A DNA stretch of 64,000 nucleotides from Phyllobates terribilis (Eukaryota), in the NCBI RefSeq assembly GCF_046119375.1, contig NW_027362771.1:344286001-344350000 (forward strand), read 5' to 3'. The notes under the pieces are model-generated. The model saw only the letters and a program-made list of their open reading frames with translations. It searched no databases and was not told the DNA's origin. The stretch's first letter is position 1, and every line of letters starts with the position of its first letter. The translations under genes were made by a program, and so were the position numbers. This document shows positions 33,635 through 46,322 of this stretch, one piece after another.

Positions 33635-36130
33635 CAGTTGTGCTCAAAAGTTTACATACCCTGGCAGAATTTTTCCTTTCTTGGCCTTGTTTCAGAGAAT
33701 ATGAATGATAACAAAAAACTTTTTCTCCACTCATGGTTATTGGTTGGGTGAAGCCATTTAATGTCAAACTACTGTGTTTTCTCTTTTTAAATCTTAATGA
33801 CAACCAAAAACATCCAAATGACCATGATCAAAAGTTCATATACCCCAGTTCTTAATAACGTGTATTGCCCCCTCTAACATCAGTGACAGCTTGAAGTCTT
33901 TTGTGGTAGTTGTGGATGAGGTTCTTTTTCTCAGATGGTAAAGCTGTCCATTCTTCTTGGCAAAAAGCCTCCTGTTCCTGTAAATTCTTGGGCTTGGGCA
34001 CAATTCTTGTGTTTTGGATCGTTGTCATGTTGGAACGTCCAAGTACATCCTATGCGCAGCTTCTGGGCTTATGAGTGCAAATTGGCCTCCAGTATTTGCT
34101 GATAACGTGCTGCATTCATCTTTCCTTCAACTTTTACCAAGTTTCCTGTGCCTTTGTAGCTCACACATCCCCAAAACATCAGCAATCCACCTCCGTGCTT
34201 TACTGCAGGAATGATGTTCCTTTCATCATAGGCCTTGTTGACCTCTCTTGAAATGTAACGTTTAGGCTGTGTGCCCACTATGCGTTTTTTTTAAGCGTTT
34301 CCGCAGCGGCAATTCCGCTGCAGAAACCCTTAAACGCTTGGTAGAAGGTCTGCCATGTTCCCCAATGATAATCCGCACAATCTGCACATGCTGCGGAAAT
34401 TTCCACTGTGGATTATTATTGCTGAAAAAATCTACAGAACTACCAATTAGTTTGTGGAATCGCGGCGTTTTCGCTGCCATTGACTTGCATTGGACCACAT
34501 GACATCCGCATCACTGCATCTGCAGATGCGGATTCCATGCGTTTCAATGTGCAGATGGTCCCCGGGTTTGGAGAAGAGGAGACTCTCCTCCGGACCCGGG
34601 TACCATAGTACCTGTAAAAAAAAAAATAAAATAAAAATATCCATTATACTTACCTTCTGATGGCCCCCGGTGTCCTTAGCGATGCCTCCTGGCTTAGCTG
34701 CAGCTCACGATGGTCTAAAAAGGACCTGCCATGACTTCATTTAGTCATGTGATGGGTCACGCGACCGCTGATGTCAGCGGTCGCGTGACCTGTCACATGT
34801 CTAAATGACGTCATGGCAGGTCCTTTTAGTCCACCGCGAGTTGCCGGCTAGCCAAGACGCATCGGATAAGGTAAGTATAATGGATATTTTTTATTTTATT
34901 CTTTTTTTTACAGGTCCTATGGTATCCCGGTCCGGAGAAGAGTTTCCTCTTCTCCAAACCCAGGTACCATTCTTTTATGGTCACACTATTTAAATCCATG
35001 CTGGTTGCATGGATTTATATAATGTGACCAAGTTGTCAAGCACTTTCCAAGTGATGCTAAAATCGCTTGGAAAGCGCTTGACAACCCGCATGCGGAAATG
35101 CATGCAAAAATGCTTCACTTCCGCTTGTCCCTGGCAGGAAAAAACGCATGTAAAATCCGCATGCGTTTTTTCTGCCAGGGAGATGCAGAAATGCTCAGGA
35201 AAAATCCAGAGCATTTCTGCATCGTGGGCACATAGCCTTATGGTTATGGCCAAAAAGGTCAATTTTGGTCTCATCACTCCTAATGACCTTGTTCCAGAAG
35301 TTTTGAGGCTTGTCTGTGCTGTTTGGTGTATTGTAGGCGAGATACTTGGAGGCATTTGCGCAGTAATGGCTTTCTTCTGGCGACTCGACCATGCAGCCCA
35401 TTTTTCTCCAAGCGCCTCCTTATTGTGCATCTTGAAACAGCCACATAACTAGTTTTCAGAGAGTCCTGAATTTCAGCTTATGTTATTTGTGGGTTTTTCT
35501 TTGCATCCCGAACAATTTTCCTGCCACTTGTGGCCAAAATTTTTGTTGGTCTACCTGACCGTGGTTTGGTTTTTACAGAGCCCCTGATTTTCCATTTGTA
35601 AATGACAGTTTGGACTCTGCTGACTTGCATTATCAATTCCTTGGATATTTTTTTGTATCCCATTCCTGTGTTATACAGTTAACCGTTACAGTTTCCCGTA
35701 GATCCATTGACAATTCTTTTGCTTTCCCCATGACTCACAATCCAGAAATGTCAGTGGCTGGATGAAAGATGCAAGAGTCTGTCTGGATCCCAGAAACTCA
35801 CTCAGCTTTTATTCACACACACTGATTACAAGCAAACGGGTCACAGGTGAGGATGTTACCTTTAGTAGTCATTCAAACCCATTTGTGTCAAATTCTGTGC
35901 ATGTTATCAGGCCAAAATCACCAGGGTATGTGAACTTTTGATCAGGGTCATTTGGATGTTTTTGATTATCGTTAAGATTTAAAAAGAGAAAACACAGTAG
36001 TTTGACGATAAATGACTTCAAGCCAATAACCATGAGTGGAGAAAAATTTTCTTTTGTTATCATTTATATTCTCTAAAACAAGGCCAAGAAAGGAAAAATT
36101 CTGCCGAGGTTTGTAATTTTGAGCACAATG
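33635..36130 (-). mobile_element. Tc1-like transposon, defective, interrupted by a Harbinger MITE
   Basis: TA-CAGTTGTGCTCAAAAGTTT...TTTTGAGCACAATG; fragments MGYKKISKEL...RSGRPTKI, FWNKVIRSDETKIDLFGHN and AVKHGGGLLMFWGC. Confidence 0.9.
34265..35237. mobile_element. PIF/Harbinger-type MITE nested in the Tc1
   Basis: TIR GGCTGTGTGCCCAC / GTGGGCACATAGCC; TSD TTA at 34262-34264 and 35238-35240. Confidence 0.87.
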
Positions 36131-36220
36131 ATATCTATTGATATAGATATATATTGATATAGATATCGATATAGATAGATATCGATAGATATTATATATA
36201 TTATATGTAATGTATATCTA
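36130..36220. repeat. (GATATA/TA)-rich simple repeat
   Basis: Imperfect GATATAGATAT repeats. Confidence 0.8.
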
Positions 36221-37429
36221 TCCTAAAGGGAACCTGTTGCCATGAAAATACAGTTCTATCTGCAAGCATCATGATATAGAGCAGCGGGATCTGAGCGACT
36301 TGATATGTAGTTTTGTGAGAAAATATTCAGTATAACCTGTTTTTTAAACCTCTGCTTTTCCTGAGATTATGAGGACCGCCCACTGGACCATCAGTGACAG
36401 ACATCTATCTCCGTATGCTCACTTATATAAAGATAGCTGTCAGTCACTGATTGGACCGCCCACTGGACCTAAAGTCCCAGAAAAGAGCGGGGGTGTAAAT
36501 GATGACAACACCGGTTATACTGAATCTTTTCTCACAAAACTGTCAATCTGCTCTATAACGCGGTGCCCAGGCAGATTTTATTGCATTTCCATCTTAACAG
36601 GTTACCATTAATCTTCACGCGAGACTTGAACCTGCAATTGGATTGCATCTACTACAAAACTACAGTATTGCAGTATACAGTCACAGAAGTACCAAGATGG
36701 CAGCAGCGGGGGCCTTCAGCATGTCCCCAGCTGTCATGGGAAACCATTAGTGTCCCGCGATCATGTCGAGGGATGGCCAATGAGAGCCAGTGCACTTTAG
36801 CACTGGAAAATCGCGCCATTTAAACGCCGCTGTCAGAGATCAAAAGCGTAATGTAAATGGTTAACAGCAGCAATCGGAGCTCAGCTCCAGCCTGTGCTTT
36901 TAGACACAGATGCCGGTTATGTAACGTAACCTGCCATCAGCCACGTGGAGGGAGCTCAGCTCTTGAGCGTCTTCCACATGTGGTCACCCTTGCAATCATG
37001 TACATGTATATGATTTTTTTCTTAAAGGGGTTGTCTACTACTCGGACAACCCCTTCTGAATCCCTGTGTTTGCTCCCAGTAAATTAACACTTATTGGTCT
37101 ATCGGTCTGCACACTACTCACAAAATAGTATTAAAGAAAGCACGAAGGCTGTATTCACACATTGCGACCACAGTGTCTGTTTGTTTTTTGCTATAAATTG
37201 AGATAAACAGCACTATTCTTGTTGCGGCAAAAAAAAAAAAAAAAAAACAGCATAAACTCTCAATATTTTCCTGATCAGAACCATCAAAAAAATACCCCCA
37301 TGGTTATTACAGCAAAGGATGTTGTGTTTTTTTGTGATTATAGTCACTGATAAGGAAACCTATAACCACTGGGAAAGTGAGATATCAGAACGTGAAAAAG
37401 GGGGGTCCCAGCAACCATTTATTTTGCGC

Positions 37430-37573
37430 AATCGCGACGTAAATCGCCGCCATTGACTTGCATTGAACTACAAAACATCCGCATGTATACATGCGGATAT
37501 TATGCGGTTCAATGTGCTGTTGGTACCTGGGTCTGGAGAAGAGGAGGCTTTCCTCCAGACCCGGGTACCATTA

Positions 37574-37608
<35 letters not shown>

Positions 37609-38711
37609 TTCAAATGTTAAAAATAAAAAAATACATTCTACTTACCTCTCCGGTGTCCTCCAGTCTCCTCTCCGGTGCGTCCTGTGTCCTTGGCGTCCAG
37701 CGGTGGTGTAAAATGACTTGCGGTGACGGCAGGTCATGACTAAATGACGTCATGGCAGGTCCTTTTACACCACCGCTGGACGCCGAGGAGACGGTGGATT
37801 ACCGGAAAGGTAAGTAAAACGTATTTTTTTTTTTTTTTTAACATTTGAATTCTTTTTTTTAGTATTGATACTGCATTTACAGCATCATAACTTGGTCAGT
37901 TGCATGGATTTATATTGTGTGATCAACTTGTCAAGCACTTTTCCAAGTGATACTCAAAATCGCTTGGAAAAGCGCTTGAAAAAACGCATGCGGAAATGCA
38001 TGCATAAAAGGCTTCTCCCTGGCAGAAAAAACGCATGTACAATCCGCATGCGTTTTTTCTGCCAAGGAGATGCAGAAACGTTGCGGACCTGAAGCATATT
38101 TTTTACGCTTCTCCCTGGCGGGAAAATCGCATGCGGATATTACATGCGGTTTTCCCGCCAGGTAGAAGCGTTTGTGAGGCGTCTTTGCATGCATTTCCGC
38201 ATGCGGGTTATCAAGCACTTCTCCAAGCATCACTTGGAAAAGTGCTTGACAACTTGTTCAGAATGGTAAAAAATAAAAAAATTAAACTTTATACTCACCT
38301 TCTGATGCATTCTCTGCCCCGTCCGGAGGCTTGAGCGGCTCACGCTGTTGTGTGCAGGACCTGCGGTGACGTCATTGAGTCATGTGGTGGGTCACATGAC
38401 TCAATGACGTGGCAGGTCCTTCAGACAACAGCGCGACGGAGGGAAAACATCAGAAGATAAGTATAAACTTTATTTTATTCTTTTTTTTACAGGTTCTTTG
38501 GTACCCAGGTCTGGATGAGAGTCTCCTCTCATCCAGACTTGGGTACCATCCGCACATTGATTCCGCTGCGCTTTCGCAAAATTAATGAACATGCTGCGGA
38601 TTTTTGACCATGGGGACCATGGGGTGCGGATATACATGCGTTTTTCAAGCGTTTACGCTGCGGAAATTCCGCAGCATATACGCTTGAAAAACGCTACGTG
38701 GGCACACAGCC
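37430..38711. mobile_element. Tail-to-tail fusion of two Harbinger MITE copies (imperfect palindrome)
   Basis: 37430-38085 parallels the 42903 MITE; 38105-38711 parallels the inverted copy at 7721 and ends GTGGGCACACAGCC-TAA. Confidence 0.7.
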
Positions 38712-39232
38712 TAAGTGTTAATTTCCTACCAATAGTTTTATTTACTGTAATCATTTGCTTGGAAATGCTCTTCTTTCAGTTATGTGTTTAATATAGATTA
38801 TTTTTAGCGTTCTGCCATCCTGCGGTTTAGTATCCTCCGCCCTGCCCTACGAGTCTTTTGTAGCAGGTTGGTGCTACTGTTGTGCCTGGTTAATATGTAA
38901 AGTAGAACAGGATTTTCAAGAACTCTATGACGTACTCCGCATGTCTGATTAATGTCAACTTCGAGAACTCTTTTGGCTCTAAAATTATCTGCCGTACGAC
39001 ATTTGGAATTTGCCCCAGAATTTGTGCCACCATGTCCTTAAGTTAGTTTGAGTGAAGTGTAGAATCATTGTAGCTTGGCCAGTGTCTGTGTACAGAAATG
39101 TGATTCTTTATAAAGCTACAAATAAAGTGTCACAGACCTCGGTGGAGACAATAGGGCTGATTCATCATGGCTGGCATTTTGTACGCCACTCTTAAGAAAT
39201 AGAAAAGGGAACACGGCACTCAAATACAGCTG

Positions 39233-40109
39233 CAAGGTGCTCAAGTATGGAGGAAAAATGCTAGGGAGCAAAGAGAGCGCAAATAGGGTTTTATCTGATT
39301 TAAAAACAAAAGAAATGAATGCACGCTCACCTGGTGCAGTTGCACATTGCAACAATTCAATGGCTTAAGATTAGCTGCTGCAGGACACGGGTCGTCAGAC
39401 CAGAGGGGGATGCTGTACGGATGAAATGTGGTGTCCCTGCGCTGCTGATGTACTCGTAAGGAGAAGCTTGTAAGCGATAAATTCATAAAAGAATTGCTTA
39501 TTGATAGGTTACAAAGTCAATACATTTGGAAGTCATCCAAAACTTCTTCCTCAGGACATAGCCTTCTTTTTTTTTTTTTTTTTTGCATAAGAAAATGGTT
39601 TATTATAAAAGACTGTACATAAAATGAACAGATTATATACAAAAGAAGAAAAAAAGTCAAATTTGAAAACAAAAGAACAATTACTTGATAAGAGGTGGTG
39701 TATAACAAGAGCATTAGAAGGATACAAGCAGGGTTTCACAGCAAAACTCTGCATTAAATATAAAACAACCCCCTAGAAATATCACTAAATCTAAATGTAC
39801 GGGTTACTTTATAGAAAAAGAGCACAAAGGATTCAAGAGATCCTCACAGAAGTGGCCCCTTGTCCTTGATCAAACGGAAGGATAACCGTGTACAAGTGAT
39901 TACTCATCTTACATGGAGATTTTGCGTGTGACAGTCATCCAAGGTATGATTGAAGGTTATGTCCTGATGAAGTTTTGGATGAATTCGAAATGTGCTGACT
40001 TTGTAACCTATCAATAAACAATTCTTATGTATTCATCACTTACAGGCTTCTTACGAGTACATCAGCAGCGCAGGAAAACCACATTTCATCCGTACAAGGT
40101 GCTCAAGTA
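39233..40109. mobile_element. Penelope-like/retro-chimeric insertion with an internal inverted repeat and poly(A)
   Basis: 15-bp direct repeats CAAGGTGCTCAAGTA at 39233-39247 and 40095-40109; inverted repeat 39415-39566 vs 39952-40094; T18 at 39567-39584; CTGATGA...CGAAA at 39964-39990. Confidence 0.65.
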
Positions 40110-40496
40110 GGGTCCTTGTGCCATAGTAAAAATAATTCTGCACTTTTTGGTTTTTATTTTTTTTCTAAATAGCAAAGTAGTGATCATACCACCACTCACT
40201 GCCCTTTTCATTTGCATTCTGATTAGCTCATGCAGTCTTGTGTTAGGAGGCAAGTCGTATAATCCGTCTGACATGTGAAATGTCACTGTTTTGGATTGCC
40301 TAACAAAACAAAAAAACACCCAAAATCACAATTCTTTTTTTGCGCGACTACTGCTTCCTCAAAAATTTTTTACCATTTTTTTCAAAATGATGATTTGGCC
40401 CCAGAGTTCCATTTTTTTTTTGCCTTTTGTGAAACCTAATAATGACAGAGTTATGGCTCCATGCTCCTTGCTTGATAAAATTATCTCAGATATATA

Positions 40497-42053
40497 CACT
40501 GCTCAACAAAATAAAGGGAAAACTCAAATAACACATCCTAGATCTGAATGAATGAATGAATGAAATATTCTCATTGAATACTTTGTTCTGTACAAAGTTG
40601 AATGTGCTTACAACAAAATCACACAAAATTCATCAATGGAAATCAAATTTTTTAACCAATGGCGGCCTGGATTTGGAGTCACCACCAAAATTAAAGTGGA
40701 AAAACACACTACTGGCTGGTCCAACTTTGATGTAATGTCCTTAAAACTAGTCAAAATGAGGCTCAATATTGTGTGTGTGGCCTCCACGTGCCTGTATGAC
40801 CTCCCTGCAATGCCTGGGCATGCTCCTGATGAGGTTGTGGATGGTCTCCTGTGGGATCTCCTCCCAGACCTGGACTAAAGCATCTGCCAACTCCTGGACA
40901 GTCTGTGGTGCAACGTGACATTGGTGGATGGAGCGAGACATGATGTCCCAGACGTGCTCAATGGGATTCAGGTCTGGGGAACGGGCGGTCCATTCCATAG
41001 CTTCAATGCCTTCATCTTGCAGGAGCTACTGACACACTCCAGCCACATGAGGTCTGGCATTGTCCTGCATTAGGAGGAACCCAGGGCCAACCGCACCAGC
41101 CTATGGTCTCACAAGGGGTCTGAGGATCTCATCTCTGTACCTAATGGCAGTCAGGCTACCTCTGGCGAGCACGTGGAGGGCTTTGCGGCCCTCCAAAGAA
41201 ATGCCACCTCACACCATTACTGACCCACTGCCAAACCGGTCATGCTGAAGGATGCTGCAGGCAGCAGATCGCTCTCCACGGCGTCTCCAGACTGTCACAT
41301 GTGCTCAGTGTGAACCTGCTTTCATCTGTGAAGAGCACAGGGCGCCAGTGGCGACTTTGCCAATCCTGGTGTTCTGTGGCAAATGGCAAGCATCCTGCAC
41401 TGTGTTGGGCTGTGAGCACAACCCCCATCTGTGGACATTGGGCCCTCATGGAGTCGGTTTCTAACCGTTTGTGCAGACACATGCACATTTATGGACTGCT
41501 GGAGGTCATTTTGAAGGGCTCTGGCAGTGCTCCTCCTGTTCTTCCTTGCACAAAGGCGGAGGTAGCTCTCCTGCTGCTGGGTTGTTGCCCTCCTACAACC
41601 CCCTCCACCTCTCCTGGTGTACTGGCCTGTCTCCTGGTAGCGCCTCTGGACTCTACGCTGACAGACACAGCAAACCTTCTTGCCACAGCTCGCATTCATG
41701 TGCCGTCCTGGATGAGCTGCACTACCTGAGCAACTTCTGTGGGTTGTAGAGTCAGTCTCATGCTACCAAGAGTGTGAAAGCACAACCAACATTCAAAAGT
41801 GACCAAAACATCATCCAGAAAGCTTTGGTACTGAGATGTGGTCTGTTGTCCCCACCTGCGGAACCACTCCTTTATTGAGTGTATCTTGATAATTGCCAAT
41901 AATTTCCATCTATTGTCTATTCCATTTGGACAACAGCATGTGAAATTGATTGTCAATCAGTGTTGCTTCCTAAGTGGACAGTTTGATTTCACAGAAGTTT
42001 GATTTACTTGGAGCCATATTCTGTTGTTTAAGTGTTCCCTTTATTTTTTTTGA

Positions 42054-42059
<6 letters not shown>
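40497..42059 (-). mobile_element. Tc1-like transposon, second copy of the 31875 family, defective
   Basis: TIRs CACTGCTCAA...AAATAAAGGG / CCCTTTATT...GAGCAGTG; the same transposase fragments with frameshifts. Confidence 0.93.
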
Positions 42060-42095
<36 letters not shown>

Positions 42096-42213
42096 GATGT
42101 ATGTATGTATTTTTTTTAGCAGTGTATATATCAATAAATTAGCTGGACTTTTTTTTGCTTATGTCTGTTTGATTTCTAATAAGCATATATATTTTAAAAA
42201 CAATCAGAGTGTG

Positions 42214-42264
<51 letters not shown>
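42060..42264. repeat. (TG)n at 42060-42092 and (TA)n at ~42218-42264
   Basis: Direct reading. Confidence 0.9.
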
Positions 42265-42267
<3 letters not shown>

Positions 42268-42902
42268 CACGGCTGCTTAATACTGGGAGTCTGAGGTGGT
42301 CTGAGACACGCCTCCTGTCTCCTCATTGGTTCATGATTCTGCTTTCACTCCTTTCCGCAGCTCTGTCTCTTCTAATTGGCTAGTGGGTATTAAAGGGAAC
42401 CTATCATCTAATACATGCTGCCCGGACCACAGGCAGCTTTCAGAGTCTGACTGCTTTATTGCAGCAGTGTATGATGTTAACTCATGGTCAGCTTTTCAAA
42501 GAATGTGTAGGCTGTGTGCACACGTTGCATTTTTTCAGTGCAGGTTTGTCACAGAACCTGAAGGGTTTCCTAATGCAACAAAGTAATGAGAATCCTGAAG
42601 TCTCAAGCACACGTTGCTTATTAGTAACTTGCAGATTTAACAGCATGTCAATTTTTTCAACGCTTTTGCTGCTGATTTTACCTGTAATAATGAGGGGGAA
42701 AAATCTGCACTAAAAACTGTGTTTTTGCCTCTGCTTTTTCCCTGCCAAGATATTCAGAAATGGTGCAGAAATTTCTGCACCAGAATACTTAACGTGTGCA
42801 CATACTAACATGCCGCTTAGCATTAGTGAGAAAAATATCATCCGGTAACTGCCACATATATACTTTTAAGGCAAATAAGAGAAGCATGAAGAGTTCCTTT
42901 AA

Positions 42903-43731
42903 GGCTGTGTGCCCACAATGCGTTTTTTAAGCGTTTCCGCAGCGGCAAAAATGCTGCAGAAACGCTTAAAAAACGCATGGTAGAAGGCCTGCCATGTTCC
43001 CCAATGATAATACGCATGTTCTGTGCCCATGCTGCGGAAATTTCCACTTCGGGTTATCATTGCACAAAAAAACGCAGCACTACCAATTATTTTGCGGAAG
43101 CGCTTCGTTTTTGCCGCCATTGACTTGCATTGGAACGCTTGGATTCCACATCACTGGATCTGTACATGCGGAATCCATGCGTTCCAATGTGCGGATGGTA
43201 CCCGGGTCTGTAGAGGAGGAGACTCTCCTCCGGACCCAGGTACAATGAACCTGTAAAAATGAATAAAATAAATAAACATTATACTTACCTTCTGATGGCT
43301 TCGCTTGCCGGCAGCTCGCGGTGGACTGAAGGACCTGCGCTGAAGTCATAGTCATGTGACGGCAGGTCCATCAGTGTAGTGCACCGCGAGCTGCCGGCAA
43401 GCCAGGACGGAGCGAAGCAAGACTGCGGGGGCCATCTTAAGGTAAGTATAGATTTATTTTTCTATTTTTTACCATTCTTTACATTCACACTATATAAATC
43501 CATGCCTGTTGCATGGATTTATATAGTGTGACCAAGTTGTCAAGCACTTTCCAAGTGATGGTAAAATCGCTTGACACCCGCATGCGGAAATGCATGTGAA
43601 GAACACTTCACTTCCGCTTGTCCCTGGCAGGAAAAACCCATGTACAATCCACATGCGTTTTTTTCTGCCAGGGAGATGCAGAAACACTCAGGAAAAAATC
43701 CGGATCATTTCTGCATCGTGGGCACATAGCC
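42903..43731. mobile_element. PIF/Harbinger-type MITE
   Basis: TIR GGCTGTGTGCCCACAATGC / GCATCGTGGGCACATAGCC; flanks TAA / TTA (one mismatch). Confidence 0.82.
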
Positions 43732-43820
43732 TTATAGAAGTTTTCCCACTTAATACATTTATCATTTCTTTACAACTTTCTTCCAGTGTAGGGGTATGTG
43801 GCCTAACTAAAATAATTTAA

Positions 43821-44232
43821 AGGGAATTTTCACATTTTAGGTTCTCACTGGTGTAAGATAATATGGTAAATGGAGCTCTTAAAGTTGCTGTCCGAACTTG
43901 TGGGCAAAGTCTGCAGTTTCTCTGTGACTGCAGACTTCTCAATCCTTACAGCATGTGCACCGCACACTGTAGGGATTCTCCGGTATTGTCAAGTAGCGCA
44001 GGCGGTGACTGTAAGTATGCGATTTCCATATAAGTAGTCACATGCCGACTATACAAATGAATTGAGCGAGACCGAGCACATCAAGTCGGAATGTGGCCGG
44101 AATTATGCAAAGTGCCCACTCTCACCTGCAACAGCGGAGAATCCGGACAGTGTGTGGTATGCACAAAGGATTCAGAAAACTGACATCCTCTAGAGTTATT
44201 GCTGACTTTCACCACAAGACTGGACAACCCCT
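43821..44232. mobile_element. Kolobok/T2-type MITE (possibly composite)
   Basis: TTAA-AGGG...GGACAACCCCT-TTAA; interior resembles 50323-50779. Confidence 0.5.
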
Positions 44233-44285
44233 TTAATTTATATTAAAGTTTTAATGGCCATACCGCTTTATCTGCTCTTAAAGAT

Positions 44286-44592
44286 CAGGGCTGTGGAGTC
44301 GGTAAGCCAAACCTCTGACTCCTCAATTTCCACGACTCCAACTCCCTCATACGCGGCTCATGTGTAAGTGATAAATTTACTGTAGCACAGATTCATCTCA
44401 GCTAAAAGTCTAGACCCTTAGATCAGGAATAGGACAGACATTTATAGGACATTTCACAACTTTCCCAAATTCTTATGAAAAAATATTCCCCACAAACTGC
44501 ATTGAACTACTGTACCCAATTTATTATATATTGTTGGAGTCGGTCCATTTTATACCGACTCAACCAAAATGGACACAGACTCCACAGCCCTG
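44286..44592. mobile_element. hAT-superfamily MITE, second copy
   Basis: Same TIR as 28447; 8-bp TSD TTAAAGAT at 44278-44285 and 44593-44600. Confidence 0.92.
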
Positions 44593-46113
44593 TTAAAGAT
44601 ATCCGTATACAAGCTGATAAACCTAATATCATTTTATAATGATTTTACTTGTCTTTATAGTTTTTGTGATGATCTGAACAATGTTGGAAATTGCACAATT
44701 CTTGCCATCAGACATGCTTGAAACACTTTGGTGAAAATGCCCTTTAACCACAGTGTTGCTCTTTTATTTCTAAGCTGTGAAGTGACGTTCTATCCCCTTG
44801 GGTGGCACAACGGTGACTGCAATGTGTTCTTTCTGTGCTCTGCCTGTGTGGTTTCCTTTTTGTGCTCTGTCTCTCCTGCCTTGTATTCTTGGCTGGCATC
44901 TTCTTGTACTGAGGATTCATCTTGTGTTTTTTTTTTTTGTGTTGTCAGCAGTGAATACCGGCTGTGGGTCGGTACAGGGTTGAGACATTCATCAAGGAAA
45001 TGGATAGATCTGGGAAACCACCACCCAGGTTAATAAGTGCTTTGATGTGTGGAGTCGGCCAGCAGCAGGCAGGGGTAGGATGCTGGAGATATTTATAGCA
45101 GCACAAAGGGGAGGAAGCTTTCCTCTGGAACAGGCATTGATATATGAAAGTGAAAGCTACCGTGTGTACACCCGCCAGGCTGATTAATTCTTTGCTTTAA
45201 GATTTTATCATTTCAGATTTTAAGATTTCAGCCTAAGAAGGATAAAAGGCTACAAAACAATTTATTTTACTTATTTTGAATAGTAACTAAATATAAAGCA
45301 CAGTCGAGTCAATTACTGCCATGAAACATTTTCCTGAGTGTTTGCAAATATGGAAGCTAGTTTACAGAACGCTGAAAGCATAAATTAATCTTGCACAATA
45401 ACCTTATATATAATCCATGTGATGCAATTATAATGTTTGGATTGTCTCCCTGTTTTTTATCAAGGTTATAATCTCCTTATTTGATAGTTTAATCCATTAT
45501 ATTATGTGACCGTTCATAAATCGCTCATAAAAGGGGTGTATCGTGTTATTGAATGGGTAAAAATGCAAAGTCCTTGTACAATAAAGTAAGTTTACAGTTT
45601 ACCTCTTATTAAAAATGGTCTCGAGTGAAGGGATTTTTTATTCTGTTGTGTACTGCTTGTTGCCTAGGTTTCCGACCCCTGCTGGAGTCGGTGGTTGCCC
45701 CCTTTCTAGGCAAGGAGCACTTGCTTGTATGCTTTGTCTGGGTGCCTGCACGCAGTACTCTGTAGCTGGATCTAGCCAGTTTGTGTACCTACACTTTTCC
45801 TTTGTTGCAGAGGCGGAGAGCGCTCCGTTTGGAAAAGTGGTGCGCCATGCCCCCAATCAGAACGGTCTATCTTCAGGAGGCGCACTACCACCCTGGCAAG
45901 CAGGAAGCTGGGGGGTAGGCGAATAGTGCACTCCTGAAGAAAGATGTGTCCAATGTTACTCTCAAAACTCTAAAGAATGTGCTGGGGTATTTATTAACAG
46001 AGATTCGTGGAGGGCAATCTTTGCTTTTTCATTCACTCTGTTTAAATCAATTGACTTGATTAAAAATGGGTGGGTTTACTAACACTGTTTTTTTTTTCTC
46101 TTTGTTCCCAAAG

Positions 46114-46322
46114 GATACAATGGGAAGCCTCCAACATGAAGTTGCTGTATGGATGTGAGATGGTACCTTAGCGAATCTGTGCTGTGATGTGATCTGCTTC
46201 TTTGGCCCTGGGGATACTCAGCGGGGTCATTTTTGGCCCACCATTGTTTTACTGCTTCTGTGGATTGGGAGTCTCCTAGCATCAGCTGGGATTTAGAGGA
46301 ATAGCTCTTATGGTATATTAAC
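46114..46322 (+). other. csnk1g1: 5' UTR portion of csnk1g1 exon 2
   Basis: Branch point TACTAAC 46077-46083, long pyrimidine tract and AG at 46112-46113. Confidence 0.8.

Noticed and set aside
45811-45914. Possible cassette 5' UTR exon (good acceptor TTTGTTGCAG at 45810)
   Set aside because: The donor GGG|GTAGGC is weak; it cannot be supported without RNA-seq.
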